Source of the DNA: Minisyncoccota bacterium
GTDB lineage: Bacteria; Patescibacteriota; Minisyncoccia; 2-02-FULL-40-12; GWA2-44-9
Length of the DNA stretch: 64,000 nt
Assembly (NCBI GenBank): GCA_035524755.1
Contig: DATKOD010000003.1
Coordinates: 2,206-66,205 of the forward strand
Direction: 5' to 3'
Positions 26,495 to 35,666 of the stretch are shown here, in pieces. Under the pieces are notes generated by a model. The model was not told where the DNA came from. It made no database searches and saw nothing but the letters and a program-made list of their open reading frames with translations. The translations under genes were made by a program, and so were the position numbers. Numbering within the stretch: position 1 is the first letter of the stretch; each line of letters opens with the position of its first letter.

Positions 26495-26913
26495 CAGTCG
26501 CGTTTCATGACTACGATACCGAGTATCAACAGCGTGGTCGATGTGAGCGCCGAAAGCATGCAGTACTGGCAAAACGCGTGGAGGATGAATGCTTGGACGG
26601 CGACGAAATACAGCGTACCCAGGAAGCCCGCCACCGATAGCCATGCCGCACGGTGCAGGAACCGCCGGTCCCATGAATCGAAGTACATGACCAACAGAAC
26701 GATCATCGCACCGTAGAACAACAAGCCGGTGGCCGAAACCGGTACTGGACCGATGGATGAGAATCCGCTGGCAAGCACCGCCTCGCATCCCTTCAGGATG
26801 GTACACGGAGGAAGTATTCCGCGCACATGCTCGGCGGTCAGGTACGCGGAATCCGCGAACCCGATGAGGGCCGTGATGAACATCCCGATGACGATCGCTT
26901 TACTGATGCGCAT
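26494..26913 (-). CDS. Vitamin K epoxide reductase (VKOR) family protein
   Basis: CTILKGCEAVLAS loop Cys pair, four TMs, CQYC active site. Confidence 0.92.
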   Translation of the reverse strand: MRISKAIVIGMFITALIGFADSAYLTAEHVRGILPPCTILKGCEAVLASGFSSIGPVPVSATGLLFYGAMIVLLVMYFDSWDRRFLHRAAWLSVAGFLGTLYFVAVQAFILHAFCQYCMLSALTSTTLLILGIVVMKRD

Positions 26914-27652
26914 TGAGCGGTTGCAAAACCTTCGCCTTGAAATCGTCGAAACTGGACGGTTGTGCCATCTGCGAACCGTTCACGAAGAACGTCGGCGTTC
27001 CGTTCACACCAGAAGACACCGCGCTGTCATAATCCGCATTGACCGCGGCGATGACCGGTGCGGAATCGATATCAGCGGTGAATTTCGTCACGTCCAAGCC
27101 GAGGCTTCCCGCGTATGAAATGAATTGCGCACGCGCCGCCGAAGCCGACAGATTCTCCCAGGTGGTTTGGGTATCGAACAGCTTGTCATGCATCTGCCAA
27201 AACTTCCCCTGTAACGACGCGGCCTGCGCCGCCTGGGCCGATTCCTGCGCGTTGGGATGGATATCCCGCAACGGGAAGTAGCGGTACACGAGACGGACCT
27301 TGCCCGCGACCTGCGGATCGGCAAGCAGTTGGTTCACGACCGGGTAATACGCGGCGCATGCCGGGCATTCGAAATCGCTGTACTCCAGAAGCGTGACCGA
27401 TGCACTGGCAGGACCGATACTGATATCGGACGCCGATACCGGCACCGAAAGCGTGCCGTTCGTGGTGGTCGTGGGAACGCTGCCCGCTGCGCGATACATC
27501 AACCAGCCGATGCCGACGAGCACCACCGCAACGATCGCCCACATGATGGAGCTTCGCACGATACGGCGACGCCGGTCTTGCTGCGACTGCATCTGACGCT
27601 CCTCGCGCCGCGCTTGCCGGCGCTCTTCTTTGCTCGATATCCGTCCGTCCAT
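26900..27652 (-). CDS. DsbA-family oxidoreductase
   Basis: TM, EYSDFECPAC, FPL, GVNGTPTFFVNG. Confidence 0.92.
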   Translation of the reverse strand: MDGRISSKEERRQARREERQMQSQQDRRRRIVRSSIMWAIVAVVLVGIGWLMYRAAGSVPTTTTNGTLSVPVSASDISIGPASASVTLLEYSDFECPACAAYYPVVNQLLADPQVAGKVRLVYRYFPLRDIHPNAQESAQAAQAASLQGKFWQMHDKLFDTQTTWENLSASAARAQFISYAGSLGLDVTKFTADIDSAPVIAAVNADYDSAVSSGVNGTPTFFVNGSQMAQPSSFDDFKAKVLQPLNAHQ

Positions 27653-27708
27653 CCGGGTATCGTAGCAAACTGGCGCCGCGGCGGAAAGAGCCCTATACTG
27701 GAAGCACC

Positions 27709-28719
27709 ATGAAGATCATCTTCTTTGAAACGATGCCCGGTGAGGAGGAGTACTTCCGCGGGTCGGCGGCGTTGCCGCCCGGTAGTGAGCTGGAATTCCT
27801 CATCGAGCCGCTGAATGCGGACACTGCCGCACAAGCAGCAGGTGCGGACGTGGTATGCGTATTCGTGAAATCGGCGGTCGACCGCGGCGTCATCGATACC
27901 GTTCCGGGATTGCGGCTCATCGTGACGCGTTCCACCGGGTATGACCATGTCGACTGGCAGTACGCAAAGTCAAAGGGAATCCCGACCGCGAACGTACCGT
28001 CGTACGGCGCACATACGGTCGCGGAGTTCGCGTTCGGTCTCATGCTGATGCTTTCGCGTAAACTCTACCAGGCGAGCCATCAACTGCGCGAAGGGATGGA
28101 TTTCACCCAACGCTCACTGCAGGGCTTCGATCTGAACGGCAAGACGCTCGGTGTCCTGGGGACCGGCCGCATCGGCAAGAACGTCATCGGTATCGCTCAC
28201 GGATTCGGCATGGAGGTACTGGCGTTCGACGCATACCCCGACCAGGCATTCGCACAGACCGCGAAGTTTTCCTATGTCCCCTTGGAACAGTTGCTCGCCA
28301 AGAGCGACATCGTCACCATCCACGTCCCTTACACGCCCGAGACCCATCACCTGATGAACGCCGGACGGTTCAGGCAGCTCAAGAAAGGCGCATTCCTCAT
28401 CAACACGGCACGTGGGGACATCATCGATACGCCCGCTCTCATCACGGCGCTCAAGGACGGTACCGTCGCCGGCGCGGGCCTCGACGTCCTGGAAGGCGAA
28501 CGGGAGCTGGTGTCCGAGATGGAACTCCTGTCCGGCGACAGCACGCATCCCGCGGACTTCCGACAGCTCGCCACCGATGCGCTCCTCATCGACCTGCCCA
28601 ACGTCATCGTCACGCCGCATGTCGCGTTCAACACGCGTGAAGCGATGCACGAGATCATGCGCGTCGTCAGCGAGACCATCGGTGGATGGGCATCGGGAAA
28701 AGAACAGAAATTCCTCTGA
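27709..28719 (+). CDS. D-2-hydroxyacid dehydrogenase (D-lactate/hydroxypyruvate reductase family)
   Basis: TRSTGYDH, VAEF, GTGRIG, INTARG, LDVLEGE, TPHVAF. Confidence 0.93.
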   Translation: MKIIFFETMPGEEEYFRGSAALPPGSELEFLIEPLNADTAAQAAGADVVCVFVKSAVDRGVIDTVPGLRLIVTRSTGYDHVDWQYAKSKGIPTANVPSYGAHTVAEFAFGLMLMLSRKLYQASHQLREGMDFTQRSLQGFDLNGKTLGVLGTGRIGKNVIGIAHGFGMEVLAFDAYPDQAFAQTAKFSYVPLEQLLAKSDIVTIHVPYTPETHHLMNAGRFRQLKKGAFLINTARGDIIDTPALITALKDGTVAGAGLDVLEGERELVSEMELLSGDSTHPADFRQLATDALLIDLPNVIVTPHVAFNTREAMHEIMRVVSETIGGWASGKEQKFL

Positions 28720-28721
28720 TC

Positions 28722-29945
28722 GTGACCGCACGCCAGGATGCACGTGAAATCATCGATGCCGGGATCGGCGCCGTCCTTACGGACGCCGTGGTACGGCGCT
28801 TGGTACGCCTCGAGGGGAACACGTTGCGCATCGCCGGAAGTTCGTTCGACCTGGCGTCGTACCGTCACGTACATGTCATCGGGTTCGGTAAGGCATCGTG
28901 CGAAGCGTCCGCGGCGTTGGAATCGGTTCTCGGCAGACGCGTCACGAAAGGCATCGCCATCGGCACCGAAGCACGGACGTGCGAGATGATCGACCTGTGC
29001 GAAGCGACGCATCCCCTGCCGTCAGCGCAGAATCTCCGGCTCACCGAGCGGTTGGTCAAACAGTGCGAGTCCGTGACCAAGGACGACTTGGTACTGGTGG
29101 TCGTATCCGGCGGCGGGTCCGCGATGCTGTGCTGGCCGGCCAGCGAATGCGAACAAGGGATCCGGCTCTACGAGGCGTCCAACCGCGCGGGACTTTCCAT
29201 CCATGAACTCAACACGGTGCGCAAGCACATCTCGTCGCTCAAGGGCGGCGGGTTGGCGAAGCTGCTCTACCCCGCGACCGTCGTCGGGCTCATTTTCTCC
29301 GACGTGCCGGGCGGACACGACGACCTCGTCGCATCCGGTCCGACATATCCTGACGCGACGACCGTTGCCGATGCGCGCGCGGTCATCTCGAAATATGACC
29401 TCGGCGACTATGAGCTCATGGAGACTCCCAAGGATGCCCGCTACTTCGGGAACGTCACCAATATCGTGCTGGTATCCAACCGCGACGCCCTTGCGGCCAT
29501 GGCGGTCAAAGCCGGAGAGTTGGGCTATGACGCGACGGTCATCGGTGCGGATTTCTACGATGCACCCGAGAAGCTCGTATCACGGATGCAGAACGCCGCG
29601 GCGCCGAAGCACGCCGTCATCGCCGGAGGTGAATCTTCCTATCCCGTCCCGGCGGAACACGGCACCGGCGGGCGGAATCAGCATGTCGCGCTGACGGCGG
29701 CGCTCGTGCTCCGCGCCGGGCAGACGTTCGCGGCGGCGGCGTCCGACGGACGCGATAATGGCTCGCACGGCGGTGCCATCGTCGATGCGACAACCGTGGC
29801 CCGCGCGCGCGATGCCGGATTCGATGCTGACACGGCGCTCCGCACCTGCGATGAAACAGTCCTCCTTGAACGCACCGGCGACCTCATCGAGATGCCGCCG
29901 ACCGGCGCGAACGTATCGGATCTGTATTTGCTGCTGTCAGAGTAA
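28722..29945 (+). CDS. Glycerate 2-kinase (MOFRL/DUF4147 family)
   Basis: GFGKAS, HPLP, SGGGSA, LNTVRKH...KGGGLA, SDV, ASGP, GGRNQ, TGANVSD. Start is uncertain. Confidence 0.9.
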   Translation: MTARQDAREIIDAGIGAVLTDAVVRRLVRLEGNTLRIAGSSFDLASYRHVHVIGFGKASCEASAALESVLGRRVTKGIAIGTEARTCEMIDLCEATHPLPSAQNLRLTERLVKQCESVTKDDLVLVVVSGGGSAMLCWPASECEQGIRLYEASNRAGLSIHELNTVRKHISSLKGGGLAKLLYPATVVGLIFSDVPGGHDDLVASGPTYPDATTVADARAVISKYDLGDYELMETPKDARYFGNVTNIVLVSNRDALAAMAVKAGELGYDATVIGADFYDAPEKLVSRMQNAAAPKHAVIAGGESSYPVPAEHGTGGRNQHVALTAALVLRAGQTFAAAASDGRDNGSHGGAIVDATTVARARDAGFDADTALRTCDETVLLERTGDLIEMPPTGANVSDLYLLLSE

Positions 29946-29950
29946 GAAAA

Positions 29951-29980
29951 CGGCCCCGGGGCGGTGAAGCCCCGAGGCCG
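29951..29980 (-). terminator. Intrinsic terminator
   Basis: CGGCCcCGGGGC-GGTGAA-GCCCCGaGGCCG with a TTTTCTT tail on the minus strand. Confidence 0.65.
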
Positions 29981-29997
29981 GGAAGGAACGGAAGGAA

Positions 29998-32232
29998 CTA
30001 GCGGGCGCTGCAGGCGCAGCTGACGGTCAGCGACGCGTCATGCAACCAGGCCGCTTGGACGCCGCATGCCGTGCTGGTGGCGCTGTCGGTGAAGTCGTAC
30101 TCGTAGGTGGTCACGCCCGGGATGGAGCTCTGGTAGGTGGCATCGTCGCTGCCGTAGTAGTTGCTCCACTTGTAGTTGTTGTTGGAGTTGCCGTGGCGAT
30201 GCGGCGTGTCGCATTCGTGGTTGGGGCCGTCCTGCCAGGTTCCGCCGTCGGCCGTGCAGGCGTCTCGCGCATGGCTCGAGCTGTCGTGCATGTAGTACAC
30301 GTACTGCGTCGGTCCCGTCTGCGGGAGCTTGTAGAACGCGTAGAGCGTCTGGCTGTTGAAGCCCGTGAACGTGGCGCTCGCGCCGGGGCCCAGGTTGAAC
30401 GTGCCGTTCGGGATGATGCTGTCCGCGGGGTCGTCCTTGTTCGTGGCCACCACGATGGCGTACGTGACCTGGTCGCTCCGGTTGTTCTTCAGGGTCCAGG
30501 TGTTGACCTTCGGGCAGTCCTGCGGCGGGATCGCGATGCTGTAGGTGTGGTCGTAGCTCTTCGTGCACTGCAGCTCCGACGGGCCATAGCTGACCACCTC
30601 GGTGTAGACGTCCGAGAAGGTGAAGGTCGAGCCGTAGGCCGGGCGGTTCACCACCTTGGGCAACGGATCGGACCACGTGCCGCCCGACGGGCGAACCGTA
30701 CCGCTGGTCACCTTCTCGGTGGTCGCGGTCTTGTCGGTGAGGTCGAGGTCACCACGGAAGTCCGGCGGGGTCGGCGTGTAGTCGGCACAGGTCTTGGTGC
30801 GCGGCGGGATGACCACGGGCGTCGTCACCGGACAGGTCAGCGAACCGCGAACGACCGTCAGAGTCGCGGTGAGGGTCTGCTGGCTGTCGGTCTGAGCGTA
30901 GCCGTGCGTCACGTTGAACGGATTGTTCTCGTTGTCGGACGCTCCGTCGCCGTATGCCAGCGACCCGGTGCCGGGGTTCACCCAGCTGCCATGGAGGCCG
31001 ACGTTGTACGTGCTCGCGATGCTGGCACGCACCGACTTGGCGTGCACCGAGTCCGCCCCCACCGTGTAGGTGCTCAGCTGCGGGTTCACGTCTCCGCATG
31101 TCGGGTCCTTCGCGGGCACCGTCTTGGTGAAGGGCTTGGAGACCGTGCACTTGAGGTTGTCCGGGCCGTAGCTCTTCGTGTAGGTGTCGCTGAAGGAGGC
31201 GTCCGGCTGTCCGAAGTTCGGACGATTGACCGTCGCCGGAAGCGCGGTGGACCACGTGCCGCCCGTCGGAGCGACCGTGCCGGCGTCGAACGTGTAGCTC
31301 GACGGTCCGGGGGTCACGCCCAGGTCACCCGTGATGGTCGGCGGGGTGTAGTCCTTGCAGGTGGGGTTCGTGCCGACCGTGACGGTGATGGACGGGTCGC
31401 ACTCCACACCGCCGCCGGTGAGCTTCAGCTTGATGGTGAACTTCTGCTGCGGCTCGGCGGGGTACGTGTGGCTCACGGGGACACCGTTGGTCGCCGATGA
31501 GGTCGTGTTGTCGCCCCAGTCGAGGACGCCATTGATCTTGGTGTCGCCGACCTTGTGGTTGAACTTCGGCGTGACCGTGATCGTGGTGCCGTCCTGCGTG
31601 TACGTGAGCGATCCGTTGATGGTCTCGCAGGTCACGCAGGGCTCGGGGTAGTTGAACACCACCCCGAACGGCCACCTCACCTCGTCGGTCGCATTCTTGA
31701 AGAGGCCGTCGTGCTGGTCCATGCCGCAGGAGTTGACGCTCACGTCCCACTGCGTCGTGAGCTTGACGCCCACGGTGGACGCCTTGAACGTCAGGTGGTC
31801 GTTCTGGTCGGCCCCGTTGCCGGAGCCGGCCGAACCGCAGCTGTTCTCGGGGGCGTGGAACGCGCCTGAGCGCAGCCATCCGTCCGAGGCGCTGATGATG
31901 CCCCAGGTGACGGTGTACTTCTTCGACGCGGTCACGACCTGGCAGCGGTTGTCGAGCAGATCGAGGTTCGTATCGAGCACGCAGAACGTCAGGGTCTTGT
32001 CGCGAGAGCTGACCGTCTCCTTGCCCTCGCAGATGCCGGAGCCGGTGACCGTCTGGCCCGTGCCGGATGCCGGAGGCGCCGGGACGGACGCGTTGGAACC
32101 GCTCGTGGCGGGGGCCTCGGAGACGACACTCGGGGAGGTGGACGTGTCGCCGCCCTTGTTGCAGGCGACGGGAACGAGGCAGACCGCCGTCACGACGGCG
32201 GCGATGCCCAGGAACGTCATCAATCGACGCAT
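29998..32232 (-). CDS. Large Cys-rich putative lipoprotein with PKD-like and other internal repeats
   Basis: GGAGG SD, lipobox-like LVPVA|C, WGD/YGD...HxY PKD-like units, duplicated TCxDYTP...GDL...GGTWS...VNRP...FSDxYT...SYGP unit. Confidence 0.8.
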   Translation of the reverse strand: MRRLMTFLGIAAVVTAVCLVPVACNKGGDTSTSPSVVSEAPATSGSNASVPAPPASGTGQTVTGSGICEGKETVSSRDKTLTFCVLDTNLDLLDNRCQVVTASKKYTVTWGIISASDGWLRSGAFHAPENSCGSAGSGNGADQNDHLTFKASTVGVKLTTQWDVSVNSCGMDQHDGLFKNATDEVRWPFGVVFNYPEPCVTCETINGSLTYTQDGTTITVTPKFNHKVGDTKINGVLDWGDNTTSSATNGVPVSHTYPAEPQQKFTIKLKLTGGGVECDPSITVTVGTNPTCKDYTPPTITGDLGVTPGPSSYTFDAGTVAPTGGTWSTALPATVNRPNFGQPDASFSDTYTKSYGPDNLKCTVSKPFTKTVPAKDPTCGDVNPQLSTYTVGADSVHAKSVRASIASTYNVGLHGSWVNPGTGSLAYGDGASDNENNPFNVTHGYAQTDSQQTLTATLTVVRGSLTCPVTTPVVIPPRTKTCADYTPTPPDFRGDLDLTDKTATTEKVTSGTVRPSGGTWSDPLPKVVNRPAYGSTFTFSDVYTEVVSYGPSELQCTKSYDHTYSIAIPPQDCPKVNTWTLKNNRSDQVTYAIVVATNKDDPADSIIPNGTFNLGPGASATFTGFNSQTLYAFYKLPQTGPTQYVYYMHDSSSHARDACTADGGTWQDGPNHECDTPHRHGNSNNNYKWSNYYGSDDATYQSSIPGVTTYEYDFTDSATSTACGVQAAWLHDASLTVSCACSAR
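30517..31632 (-). repeat. A-B-A-B intragenic domain repeat
   Basis: Units start at TC codons near 31632 (A1), 31362 (B1), 31101 (A2) and 30792 (B2); each is about 87-103 aa. Confidence 0.75.
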
Positions 32233-32378
32233 GCGTCCTCCAAACGGCGAACAAACGTCATTCGCCTTGATTTACCTATGTTTTACGGATTGTCAAAAAA
32301 CACCTCGGGCCAACGATTGGCCGGCGAATATAATACAGGTGTTGACACAAAAAGTCAACACTGTGGTATACTTCCCGT

Positions 32379-33458
32379 ATGGGAGGAACCGGTCTCGGCT
32401 ATTGGTCGTTCTTCGCCGTTCTGGCGATTGCCGCGTTCGTCGTCGGCTCAATGCTGGTGCCGTTCTTGAGCATCCTCGCGTTCGGCGCGGTGCTCGCGTT
32501 CATATTCTCCCCGGTATACCGTCTGGTCCGTGCCGGCATCCGCAGTCCGTCACTTTCGGCGTTCGTCGTGACGCTCCTCATGCTCGTCGTGGTGTTGGTT
32601 CCGCTATCGTTCGCCGGATACCAGGCTATCCGCGAAGGCGCCACGGTCTACGGGTTGCTCCGCTCCGGCACCGTTCCTGCGGTGTTCGTCTCGGTCGCAT
32701 CCTATGGTCAGCGTGTCTTGAACCAGTTCTCGGTCGGTGCGAAATTGGACCCCGCCTCACTGGTCACGGCCGCACAGAGTGCGCTGGCATGGATCGTCGC
32801 ACGTACCGGTCAGATATTCTTGAGCGTCAGTGAACTGGTGCTGTCGTTCGTCCTGCTGCTGTTCATCTTCTTCTATTTCGTCCGCGACGGTCATGCGATC
32901 CTGGAGGGATTCATAGGATTGTCACCGCTCTCGGCTCGCGAAGGCCGCTCGGTGTTGCAGCGCATCGGCACGTCGGTCTGGGCAGCGGTCATCGGTTCCG
33001 TGCTCATGGCGTTGGTCCAGGGATTGACCGCATGGCTCGGCTTCTGGATCCTCCGCGTTCCGGACGCCGCACTGCTCGGAGGGTTCACCATGCTGGCATC
33101 GTTCATCCCGTCCTTCGGCACCGCGCTGATCCAGATCCCGGTCATCATCTACCTCTACACCACCGGAGCGCACGGTGCGGCGTTGGCGTTGACGATATGG
33201 TCAGTGGTCGTGGTCGGCCTGTTGGACAACTTCCTTCGCGCGTTGCTTCTGTCAGGAACGCGCATGCATCCGTTGCTCGCACTCGTGTCCGTGCTCGGCG
33301 GCATCACGTTCTTCGGACCCCTGGGCATCGTGCTTGGGCCGGCAACCGTCGCCGTGTTCACGGCGCTCCTGGAAGTCTCCCCCGTCGTCATCAGCCGCGC
33401 GTACGGCAAGAAGCCTACGCGGACTTCTTCTCCGGGCCCAACGGGAGCAGCACGCTGA
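32379..33458 (+). CDS. AI-2E family transporter
   Basis: Multi-TM protein with FFYFVRDG, SFIPSFG, DNFLR, MHPL, FGPLGIVLGP. Confidence 0.9.
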   Translation: MGGTGLGYWSFFAVLAIAAFVVGSMLVPFLSILAFGAVLAFIFSPVYRLVRAGIRSPSLSAFVVTLLMLVVVLVPLSFAGYQAIREGATVYGLLRSGTVPAVFVSVASYGQRVLNQFSVGAKLDPASLVTAAQSALAWIVARTGQIFLSVSELVLSFVLLLFIFFYFVRDGHAILEGFIGLSPLSAREGRSVLQRIGTSVWAAVIGSVLMALVQGLTAWLGFWILRVPDAALLGGFTMLASFIPSFGTALIQIPVIIYLYTTGAHGAALALTIWSVVVVGLLDNFLRALLLSGTRMHPLLALVSVLGGITFFGPLGIVLGPATVAVFTALLEVSPVVISRAYGKKPTRTSSPGPTGAAR

Positions 33459-34587
33459 ACGTGCTTCCCTTGCCCTCGACTGAAATAAACGTGATCGTGC
33501 CACCCGCCTGCGTCACGATGGTCTTGACGATGTAGAGTCCCAAGCCGGTGCCCTCCGGCTCCATGGTCTGTGCATTGTCTCCACGGAACAATTTCTGGAA
33601 TACCCGGGGTTGTTCATTTCCGGAAATACCGATGCCCGTGTCGGTGACCGTGAGACCCAAATGGCCGTCGATACTCCCTACATGTACCGACACCGTCCCG
33701 CCGCTGGGAGTATATTTCACGGCATTGGAAAGGAGATTCTGCACGATGAGCGCGAAGAGCCGCGCATCGATGTTCACCGTGCTGATCGCCGGGTCGTACG
33801 TATCCTGGACGGTCAGTTGCCGGGAACGGATCTGTTCATCGAATTCGTCGAGCACGCTTTTCACGAGCGGCACGATCGGCACTTCTTCGGGGCGGTTCGG
33901 GAACACGCCCATCTCCAGACGCGAGACGTTCAGGAACGCATCGATGAGCTCCGTCATGCGCTTGTTGGTCTTGCGGATCTCGCCGATATACTCGCGCTGT
34001 TTCACCGACAGCGGATGTTCGGTATCCGTGAGCAGTAATTCCGTGTACCAATTCAGGGCGTTCAAGGGCGCCCGGAGCTGGTGCGAAGCCAATGTGACGA
34101 ATTCCGTCTTTGCACGGTCCAGCTGGCGCTCCATCGTCACATCGCGGAACACCTGCACGACTCCGCGGAGAAAACCATCCATCACGGGGGACACTCGGAT
34201 GGATGCGGCGAACACCGTCCCGTCAGGACGCTGGTATAGGTGCGTGTCATCGACGATGGTCTCACCCTTCAGGGCACGGAGGAAATCCCGGTTTTCGCGC
34301 GGTACCGGTGTCCCGGCCTCATCCACCATGTGCGCCACCTCGTGCATGTCCCTGCCGATGGCATCATCAGCGGAAATTCCGAGCAGACGCTGCGCCGCCA
34401 CATTGATGCGCGTGACCCGGCCGGACGTATCCAGGGCGATGACTCCGTCCGCGATTCCGGAAAGCAGTGCTTCGTCGTAGGCTTCCGCAGCTTCAAGTTG
34501 TTCCTTTGCGGCGGTCAGATCCTCGAGCACATTCAACAATGCGGCCCGCGATTCATCCGCCGTGTTCGTGATCGGTTCATCAGCCAT
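33415..34587 (-). CDS. Cytoplasmic PAS sensor histidine kinase
   Basis: PAS domain, H-box ASHQLRAPL, N-box NLLSNAVKY, DTGIG, FQKLFR, GTGLGL. Confidence 0.93.
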   Translation of the reverse strand: MADEPITNTADESRAALLNVLEDLTAAKEQLEAAEAYDEALLSGIADGVIALDTSGRVTRINVAAQRLLGISADDAIGRDMHEVAHMVDEAGTPVPRENRDFLRALKGETIVDDTHLYQRPDGTVFAASIRVSPVMDGFLRGVVQVFRDVTMERQLDRAKTEFVTLASHQLRAPLNALNWYTELLLTDTEHPLSVKQREYIGEIRKTNKRMTELIDAFLNVSRLEMGVFPNRPEEVPIVPLVKSVLDEFDEQIRSRQLTVQDTYDPAISTVNIDARLFALIVQNLLSNAVKYTPSGGTVSVHVGSIDGHLGLTVTDTGIGISGNEQPRVFQKLFRGDNAQTMEPEGTGLGLYIVKTIVTQAGGTITFISVEGKGSTFSVLLPLGPEKKSA

Positions 34588-34621
34588 AGTTCAAGTATAC
34601 AACATGCGGTACAATGGTGGC

Positions 34622-35494
34622 ATGGGTCCCGTGCAATCGGAGAAATGGTTCAGAGCGATCGCGGAGGCCACGTTGGACATCGTGTTCATCGTGGAGGCCG
34701 ACGGGAGCGTCGCGTACGTGAATCCGGTCGCCGCCGCCTGGATCGGAAAATCCCCCGAACAGATCATCGGCTCCCGGCAGGGCGATCTGTTCATGCCCTC
34801 GACCGTCACCCGGCAGATGGCGGCAATCAGGCAGGTATTCGAAACCGGCCAGTCGAGTTCGACGCAGGACATCTCGGAAGTCGGCGGGCTCCGTCGTTTC
34901 CTGGACACGCGATTGATCCCCCTCCGTGATGAGAACGGCACCGTGAACGCCGTATTGGGATTCGCGCGCGACGTGACGCAGGAGCGCGCCATCAGCGAGA
35001 ACCTCCGGAAATCGGAAGAACGTTTCCGGGCGCTCATCGAGCATTCTGACGAGGTCATCGTCATCAATGACGCCACGAACAAGCGTCTCTTCGTTTCCCC
35101 GTCGGTGGAACGCATTCTGGGCTATTCTGTCCAAGAATACCTGGCGCAGACGGTGACCGATATCATCCACCCCGATGACGTAGCGGCACTACAGGAGGTG
35201 AATACGCGTTCCGATGCCAATCCCCGCACTCCGTTCAGGATCACGTTCCGTATCCGGCATAAGAACGGCGAGTGGCGGTGGATAGACGCGACCCTGACGA
35301 ACCTGTTCGAATTGCCCGCCATCAGGGGACGGGTCATCAACCTGCACGACATCACCGATCTGCGGCGCGCACAGGAAGCTGAGGCGCGCGCCGCGGAGCT
35401 GGAACGCATCGCGAACATCATGACCGGTCGCGAACTCAAAATGGCCGAGCTGAAAGAAGAGATCGAGCGTCTGAAAACTGAAAAGGGCGCCTGA
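34622..35494 (+). CDS. Tandem PAS-PAS protein with no output domain
   Basis: Two PAS/PAC domains (IHPDD, RIRHKNGEWRW); ends ELERIANIMTGRELKMAELKEEIERLK. Confidence 0.88.
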   Translation: MGPVQSEKWFRAIAEATLDIVFIVEADGSVAYVNPVAAAWIGKSPEQIIGSRQGDLFMPSTVTRQMAAIRQVFETGQSSSTQDISEVGGLRRFLDTRLIPLRDENGTVNAVLGFARDVTQERAISENLRKSEERFRALIEHSDEVIVINDATNKRLFVSPSVERILGYSVQEYLAQTVTDIIHPDDVAALQEVNTRSDANPRTPFRITFRIRHKNGEWRWIDATLTNLFELPAIRGRVINLHDITDLRRAQEAEARAAELERIANIMTGRELKMAELKEEIERLKTEKGA

Positions 35495-35509
35495 GGCGCC
35501 CTTTTCAGT
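35477..35509. terminator. Bidirectional terminator
   Basis: ACTGAAAAGGGCGCC-TGA-GGCGCCCTTTTCAGT. Confidence 0.85.
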
Positions 35510-35513
35510 CAGA

Positions 35514-35627
35514 TTACATCTGCGGCTGTCCCGGCTGCATCGGCATACCGCCGCTCTTCTTGCCGCGCTTCGCGAGCCACCACACGATCAGAATCACGAC
35601 CACCGCACCGATGATGTACCACCACAT
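35514..35627 (-). CDS. Small single-TM protein (37 aa, not in ORF track)
   Basis: MWWYIIGAVVVILIVWWLAKRGKKSGGMPMQPGQPQM*; ends directly before the terminator. Confidence 0.7.
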   Translation of the reverse strand: MWWYIIGAVVVILIVWWLAKRGKKSGGMPMQPGQPQM

Positions 35628-35666
35628 AGGGGTATGAAGTTAGAGACAATACGATGAACGTTTCAA

